This document shows, one piece after another, positions 59,028-64,000 of a stretch of DNA of 64,000 nucleotides. The DNA comes from Synergistales bacterium (GTDB lineage Bacteria; Synergistota; Synergistia; Synergistales; JAFGMB01). The translations under genes and the position numbers were made by a program. How positions within the stretch are numbered: the stretch's first letter is position 1; each line of letters begins with the position of its first letter. Location of the stretch: positions 1,248,001-1,312,000 of the forward strand of contig OY762654.1 of assembly GCA_963666205.1 (NCBI GenBank), in the 5' to 3' direction. Below the pieces are notes generated by a model, which had not been told where the DNA came from, did no database searches, and saw only the letters and a list, made by a program, of their open reading frames with translations.

Positions 59028-61435
59028 CCACCTGGAATTTCACCTATCAGACGTACGAACCGGAAAAAGAAAAGCTCCGTGAAGCCTTATGCACCCTTGG
59101 TAACGGTTATTTTGCAACAAGAGGTGCCTCCGCAGAGAATGGCGCCAGCTCTGACCATTATCCCGGTACCTACCTGGCCGGAGGATATAACAGGCTCAAA
59201 ACAGAGATCGCCGGGAGAACAATTGAAAATGAAGACCTGGTCAACCTTCCCAACTGGCTTCCCCTCAGTTTTCGCATAAATGACGGAGACTGGTTCGAAC
59301 CGGGATCTGTAGAGATCATCTCCTATGAGCAGAAATTGGACATTCGAAAGGGTATCCTCCACAGAAAAGTTCATTTTCGCGACCATAAGGGAAGGAAAAC
59401 CGCACTCATAAACCGCAGGATAGTGCATATGGGCAACCCCCACATAGCTGCCCAGGAAACGATAGTAAGGGCCGAGAACTGGTCCGGAAAAGTAGAGTTT
59501 CTCGCTGCCCTGGACGGAAGGATCATTAATGCCGGTGTGCCCCGTTACAAATCTCTCTCCAATCATCATCTTGAACCTCTTTACGAAGGTGAAATAAACA
59601 GGGAAACCATACTCCTTAAAGTACAGACAAACCAGTCCGAGCTCAGGATAACGGAAGCAGCAAGAACACGCGTCTTCAGGAACGATCAGCTGATAAATCC
59701 CGAAAGGGGAAAAATTATAGAACCGGGATACATCGGGCAGATCTTTTCCCTTGAAATTGATGAAGATGACGAAATACGACTTGAAAAAATAGTGGGTCTA
59801 TATACTTCAAGGGATAAGGGGATTTCCGAGAGCGGTCTTCAGGCGGAAACAACCGTGGTTGAAGCTGATTCATTCGAAGAACTTCTGGAAAGCCACGTTA
59901 TGGCCTGGGATCATCTCTGGCGCAGATTCGAGATCGACTACTGTCCCGCGGACCCCCATAAGGGTGAATGGACATCCCGTATCCTCCACCTTTACACCTT
60001 TCACCTGCTACAGACGACTTCCAGACACACCATGGATCTCGATGTAGGAGTTCCCAGTCGGGGCTGGCACGGCGAGGCCTACAGGGGGCACATTTTCTGG
60101 GATGAGATATTTATATTCCCTCTCCTCAACTTCAGGATGCCCGAAATAACCCGGTCCCTTCTCATGTACAGATACCGGCGGCTCGATAAAGCACGCAAAG
60201 CTGCGAGAGACAGAGGATACCAGGGGGCAATGTACCCGTGGCAGAGCGGAAGCAGCGGAAGGGAAGAAACCCAGCAGATCCATCTCAATCCTAAATCCGG
60301 GAGATGGAACCCGGACAACTCCCACCTTCAGCGGCATGTTAATGCCGCCCTTGCATACAACATCTGGCAATACTACCAGGTTACTGAAGATCTTGAGTTT
60401 CTCTCCTTTTACGGAGCAGAGATGTTCATGGAAATTGCCCGTTTCTGGGCAAGCAAGACAAGTTTCAACAAGCAGATCGGCCGGTACGAGATACTCGGAG
60501 TAATGGGACCTGACGAATATCATGATGCCTATCCAGGCGCAAATGAACCCGGTCTGAATAATAATACCTACACTAATATAATGACTGTCTGGATACTTAA
60601 CCGTGCGTTGGAAATATGTGAACTCCTCGCCGAAACAGAACGGAAACCCCTATGCGAAAAAACCGGTTTCACAGAGAAAGAGAAGGAACACTGGAAGGAT
60701 ATTACCCGTAAGATGAAGATCGTTTTCCAGAAAGACGGTATCCTGAGCCAGTTTGAGGGTTACGAAGAACTGGAGGAACTTGACTGGGATGGTTATAGGA
60801 AAAAGTACGGGGACATACAGAGGCTGGACCGCATACTGGAAGCTGAGGGAGATACAGCCAACAGATACAAGGCCTCCAAGCAGGCGGACGTCCTTATGCT
60901 CTTCTATCTTTTTTCATCGGAAGAGCTCGTGAGTATCTTCGATCAGCTGGGATACGACTTCCCATCCGAAACCATTCCCCGAAATATTGACTATTACCTG
61001 AAACGCACATCACATGGATCCACCCTCAGCAGGGTGGTCCATTCATGGGTACTGGCAAGATCCAGTCGCAGCGAATCCTGGAAACTCTTTCTGGAAGCCC
61101 TGGAAAGCGATGTAGCGGACATCCAGGGAGGGACAACACCCGAAGGGATACACCTTGGTGCAATGGCGGGAACTATAGATATCCTCCAGAGAGCCTATAC
61201 GGGGATCGAGGCCAGAGGAGGCATGTTACACTTCAATCCATCCATACCTTCCGAACTGGGAGAACTCCACATGCATATCCGTTACAGGAGCTATCCCATG
61301 GAGATAACCATAACCCCTGAAAAACTTACCATCAGAACCCTGCCATGCCCCAGAGGACAGGTAAAGGTAGCCTTTCGTGACAAGGTCACGGACCTGAGGA
61401 TCGGCTGCGGAGAGATCATTGAGTTCCAGCTTTAG
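59024..61435 (+). CDS. Glycoside hydrolase family 65 (trehalose/T6P/maltose phosphorylase-like)
   Basis: LGNGY..TRG, Y.GH.FWDE, GPDEYH, NN.YTN, KQAD and HGSTLS motifs. Confidence 0.93.
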   Translation: MTTWNFTYQTYEPEKEKLREALCTLGNGYFATRGASAENGASSDHYPGTYLAGGYNRLKTEIAGRTIENEDLVNLPNWLPLSFRINDGDWFEPGSVEIISYEQKLDIRKGILHRKVHFRDHKGRKTALINRRIVHMGNPHIAAQETIVRAENWSGKVEFLAALDGRIINAGVPRYKSLSNHHLEPLYEGEINRETILLKVQTNQSELRITEAARTRVFRNDQLINPERGKIIEPGYIGQIFSLEIDEDDEIRLEKIVGLYTSRDKGISESGLQAETTVVEADSFEELLESHVMAWDHLWRRFEIDYCPADPHKGEWTSRILHLYTFHLLQTTSRHTMDLDVGVPSRGWHGEAYRGHIFWDEIFIFPLLNFRMPEITRSLLMYRYRRLDKARKAARDRGYQGAMYPWQSGSSGREETQQIHLNPKSGRWNPDNSHLQRHVNAALAYNIWQYYQVTEDLEFLSFYGAEMFMEIARFWASKTSFNKQIGRYEILGVMGPDEYHDAYPGANEPGLNNNTYTNIMTVWILNRALEICELLAETERKPLCEKTGFTEKEKEHWKDITRKMKIVFQKDGILSQFEGYEELEELDWDGYRKKYGDIQRLDRILEAEGDTANRYKASKQADVLMLFYLFSSEELVSIFDQLGYDFPSETIPRNIDYYLKRTSHGSTLSRVVHSWVLARSSRSESWKLFLEALESDVADIQGGTTPEGIHLGAMAGTIDILQRAYTGIEARGGMLHFNPSIPSELGELHMHIRYRSYPMEITITPEKLTIRTLPCPRGQVKVAFRDKVTDLRIGCGEIIEFQL

Positions 61436-61521
61436 GGTCAGAGAATCTCTCGTAAAGGATAAGGGGCTTTATTTAACTCAGAATAAAAGATCCCCTCATC
61501 CTGGAATTACAGGATCTCTTC

Positions 61522-61552
61522 AAAAAAAAAGACCTCCCGCCAGGGAGGTCTT
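61522..61552 (-). terminator. Intrinsic terminator oriented for the minus strand
   Basis: AAGACCTCCC...GGGAGGTCTT followed by a long T-tract on the minus strand. Confidence 0.8.
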
Positions 61553-61602
61553 CGAACTGCTTACTCAGGTGGGACAGAGATGTCCCTCTGGGAGTCAGTA
61601 TA

Positions 61603-61767
61603 TCAGTCCTGGAGGGAAGCTGTATTTCCAAGGATCTGTAGTCCATGGGAAGTACGAAGCATGATCCGTTCCACGACTCGCCCGTTACGGAGTTCTGCTG
61701 CTTCAAAACGACCCTCGGGGGTCATCCAGAAGGGATCTCCGTCGACGTAAACAAGTTTGTTACTCAT
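61603..61767 (-). CDS. Small protein, 54 aa, below the ORF-track cutoff
   Basis: MSNKLVYVDGDPFWMTPEGRFEAAELRNGRVVERIMLRTSHGLQILGNTASLQD, preceded by GAAAGGTAAGGT and followed by the terminator at 61522-61552. Confidence 0.55.
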   Translation of the reverse strand: MSNKLVYVDGDPFWMTPEGRFEAAELRNGRVVERIMLRTSHGLQILGNTASLQD

Positions 61768-61864
61768 TCGGTGTTACCTTACCTTTCCTGCATATTCCGA
61801 AAATAACGGCACAAGAGATATGATGTTTCGGTACCATCGTAACTGCATGGCGGGAAGTGCCGCT

Positions 61865-61901
61865 AAAAGAAAAGGCCGCTCTGGCTTTCCAGAGCGGCCT
61901 T
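61865..61901 (-). terminator. Strong intrinsic terminator
   Basis: AAGGCCGCTCTGG-AAAG-CCAGAGCGGCCTT followed by TTCTTTT. Confidence 0.85.
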
Positions 61902-62010
61902 CAGACTTTCTGGTTAGAACATGTGTATTATAACACAAAGAGAAAGAAGAGCCTATTCTGACCCTTTCCGGCTCCAGTGTAAGGGGTTTTTCTGCAGATC
62001 TTTAACCGTA

Positions 62011-63093
62011 TCAGGAGATCATTCCTGTTATGTCTTCCAGTGAAAGTCCTTCAAGTCCAAGCCGGGAAAGATTTCTTCCTTCTTCCCTGTAATTATCACC
62101 ATTGATCGCAGAAAGAAGATTGATAAGGCTGTCAGTAAGGGGGGTATCCACTCCTGCTACCCTGGCAAAACTCACTACAGGTACAAGCAGATTGGGAACA
62201 TCTTCGGTCACATAGCGGTGTTTTACCGTTTTAGGAGCATCCGATCCATGTTTCGCATATACGGGGTTCTTTGAAAGGAGTTCATAAATACTGTCCCCTT
62301 CCAATGGATATGCACTTTTGATCCATTCAACAGCAGGGACCAGATCCAGGCCATAAGCATCTCCGACCTTGACCCTCTCTGCATCCAGAAGTTCTTCCAG
62401 TCTTCCCACCGCAGGGGTTATACCATCGGTGTAAAAACGGAAATCGCCATTGGTACCTTCTATGCGTCCTGCATTGAGAAGGACCGCAGCACAATGAACT
62501 ATCATATTGAGATTTGAAAAGGCTATGTTAAGTACATTCTTTGCCGCTCTAAGGGGAATGGGAAATACATCCTGAATATCCCTGATAAGTTCTTCTGTTC
62601 TGGAAGCAGAAAATGCAGCTATGGACATACCGGTCTTTAAACCCCAGACATGGACCTTCCCCGGGGCATCTGCCCTGCATGCATAGGGGAGGGTATCTGT
62701 TTCACAGAGCAGTACATCCGCTTTAGAACCGCTTTCCTTAAGAAGCTTTGCCGCCTCAAAAGAAGCGAAATTACCAGGAATAAAAACAAACTTCATCCCA
62801 TCTTCAAGATACGGTATGGCTTCTTTCATTATGGGCATCTGTCCGAATGAGGGAACTACCACGTATGCGATCTCCGCACCTTTAAGAACTTCTTCCATAT
62901 TGGATGAGGCTTTCAGTTTTGCAAACCCTTCGATGGCACCATGAAGTTCAATGCCTCCCTTTTCTTTTATTATCTCCAGTTTTTCCGCAAAAGCAGGATG
63001 CTCATAGAGCCTCACGTCATTACCCTTAAGGGAAAGATGGGCACTTAAGGCCTGTCCTCCGTTTCCAGCTCCCAAAACAGCGATTTTTTTCAT
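62011..63093 (-). CDS. NAD(P)-dependent opine/octopine dehydrogenase family protein 2
   Basis: GAGNGG, ETDTLPYACR, NLN.IVH, FY.DG, D.ER and RY.TEDVP motifs. Confidence 0.92.
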   Translation of the reverse strand: MKKIAVLGAGNGGQALSAHLSLKGNDVRLYEHPAFAEKLEIIKEKGGIELHGAIEGFAKLKASSNMEEVLKGAEIAYVVVPSFGQMPIMKEAIPYLEDGMKFVFIPGNFASFEAAKLLKESGSKADVLLCETDTLPYACRADAPGKVHVWGLKTGMSIAAFSASRTEELIRDIQDVFPIPLRAAKNVLNIAFSNLNMIVHCAAVLLNAGRIEGTNGDFRFYTDGITPAVGRLEELLDAERVKVGDAYGLDLVPAVEWIKSAYPLEGDSIYELLSKNPVYAKHGSDAPKTVKHRYVTEDVPNLLVPVVSFARVAGVDTPLTDSLINLLSAINGDNYREEGRNLSRLGLEGLSLEDITGMIS

Positions 63094-63125
63094 AATTTAT
63101 ACCCCCTTGAAAATTAAATGTCTTG

Positions 63126-63175
63126 ATGTCCTACATTTATACAGATAGAATATACATATCATTTATACTTGTCAA
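63126..63175 (-). promoter_or_regulatory. Sigma70 promoter of opine dehydrogenase 2 with candidate GntR/FadR operator
   Basis: TTGACA-17-TATTCT (63175-63147), and palindrome ATGT-CCT-ACAT at 63126-63136. Confidence 0.6.
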
Positions 63176-63314
63176 CGATGGTATGGATCCCAGATAACCC
63201 AAGATCTACGGATAGATCTGCCTGTTTGTTATAATTAGCTGATTTGCTTATTAACGACAATTTCCAGATATCCTGATCCCTTGTGGTAAAACAATAATGA
63301 GAAGGTGGAAAATA

Positions 63315-64000
63315 TTGTTCAAACCTGCAAATAAATCGACCCTCTACGAGGACGTACTGCACCAGATCCTGGACGCGGTCAAAGGCGGTAAATGGCATCC
63401 AGGCGAAAAGATCCCCGGAGAAATAGCCCTTGCCGAAAAATTCGAGGTAAGCCGGAACTGCATAAGAGAAGCTCTGAAAGCCCTTTCCATACTTAACATC
63501 CTGGAAGCAAAACCTGGACAGGGGACCTTTATAGCTGAAGATGCGCTCCGGCAGATAACCAATCGGGAACTCACCGAACACCTGTCCGAAAATGTTTCCA
63601 TCATCGAATTGATGGAGATAAGGATCCTCCTGGAAACCCAGATCATCCGCTGGGCTATCGAGAGAGGAACAGATGAAGAATTTGATCGACTCAAATCAGT
63701 TATAAATGAAGAACGTCGATTCGGGCGGGAACTGTCAGAGTCAAGCCTCAAACCAAGGGCAGAATTTCACAGGATCCTGGCCGAGATAGCAGGAAACAGC
63801 CTTGCCGTCAAATTTCTGAACTCGATCCGGGGAGAGTTCGATGCCCAGAGAACAAGATACCTTGATATACCCATCGAGACATGGGAAGACATGATGAACG
63901 AACATGAAAAGATCCTGGAGCTGATCGTCAGACGTGATTCTGCCAAAGCAATAGAAGAAATGGAGAACCACCTTAAGCGGATGAAGATCGTCATAAAGTG
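63315..64000 (+). CDS. FadR/GntR family regulator (stop falls at or just past the window edge)
   Basis: Manual translation LFKPANKSTLYEDVLHQI...PGEKIPGE.ALAEKFEVSRNCIREALK...GQGTFI, followed by an FCD domain (FH..LA..AGN, EH..I). Absent from the ORF track. Confidence 0.92.
   Translation, partial: MFKPANKSTLYEDVLHQILDAVKGGKWHPGEKIPGEIALAEKFEVSRNCIREALKALSILNILEAKPGQGTFIAEDALRQITNRELTEHLSENVSIIELMEIRILLETQIIRWAIERGTDEEFDRLKSVINEERRFGRELSESSLKPRAEFHRILAEIAGNSLAVKFLNSIRGEFDAQRTRYLDIPIETWEDMMNEHEKILELIVRRDSAKAIEEMENHLKRMKIVIK

Noticed and set aside
61561-61605. Possible Sec read-through of the TGA ending the 54-aa ORF (a hairpin lies downstream)
   Set aside because: The hairpin loop (UCUC) lacks G, there is no redox-motif context, and read-through adds only 14 residues.
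63159-63994. Several minus-strand ORFs at the right edge
   Set aside because: Shadows of the plus-strand GntR gene, which the track missed because its stop lies at the window edge.

Overview
Bacterial chromosomal window, mostly metabolic and transport genes. It is probably from an anaerobic, amino-acid-fermenting member of Synergistota, inferred from a Synerg-CTERM-type sorting tail on a large surface protein. It contains a CoA-transferase pair, an Mrp/Mnh-type cation:H+ antiporter operon whose C-D genes are tandemly duplicated (2055-bp period), an epsilonproteobacterial-style nifS-nifU pair and a metal ABC transporter with fmdE. It also has two TRAP-transporter/amidohydrolase catabolic clusters, two opine-dehydrogenase-family genes, a mod/wtp-type oxyanion ABC transporter and a HAD/T6P-phosphatase plus GH65 pair. 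Several signals are missed by the ORF track: (i) two tandem secreted rhodaneses that read through an in-frame TGA in a CxU motif with a conserved SECIS-like hairpin (probable selenoproteins); (ii) a P3-less Moco (Tuco-type) riboswitch with a complete terminator/antiterminator platform; (iii) nifS and mnhE relics at the duplication junction, whose synonymous divergence points to fusion of two lineages; (iv) degenerate direct repeats bracketing single-gene or two-gene units; (v) small unannotated ORFs. No rRNA, tRNA, CRISPR array or intact transposase/integrase was recognised. All calls come from reading the sequence; no database searches were run.
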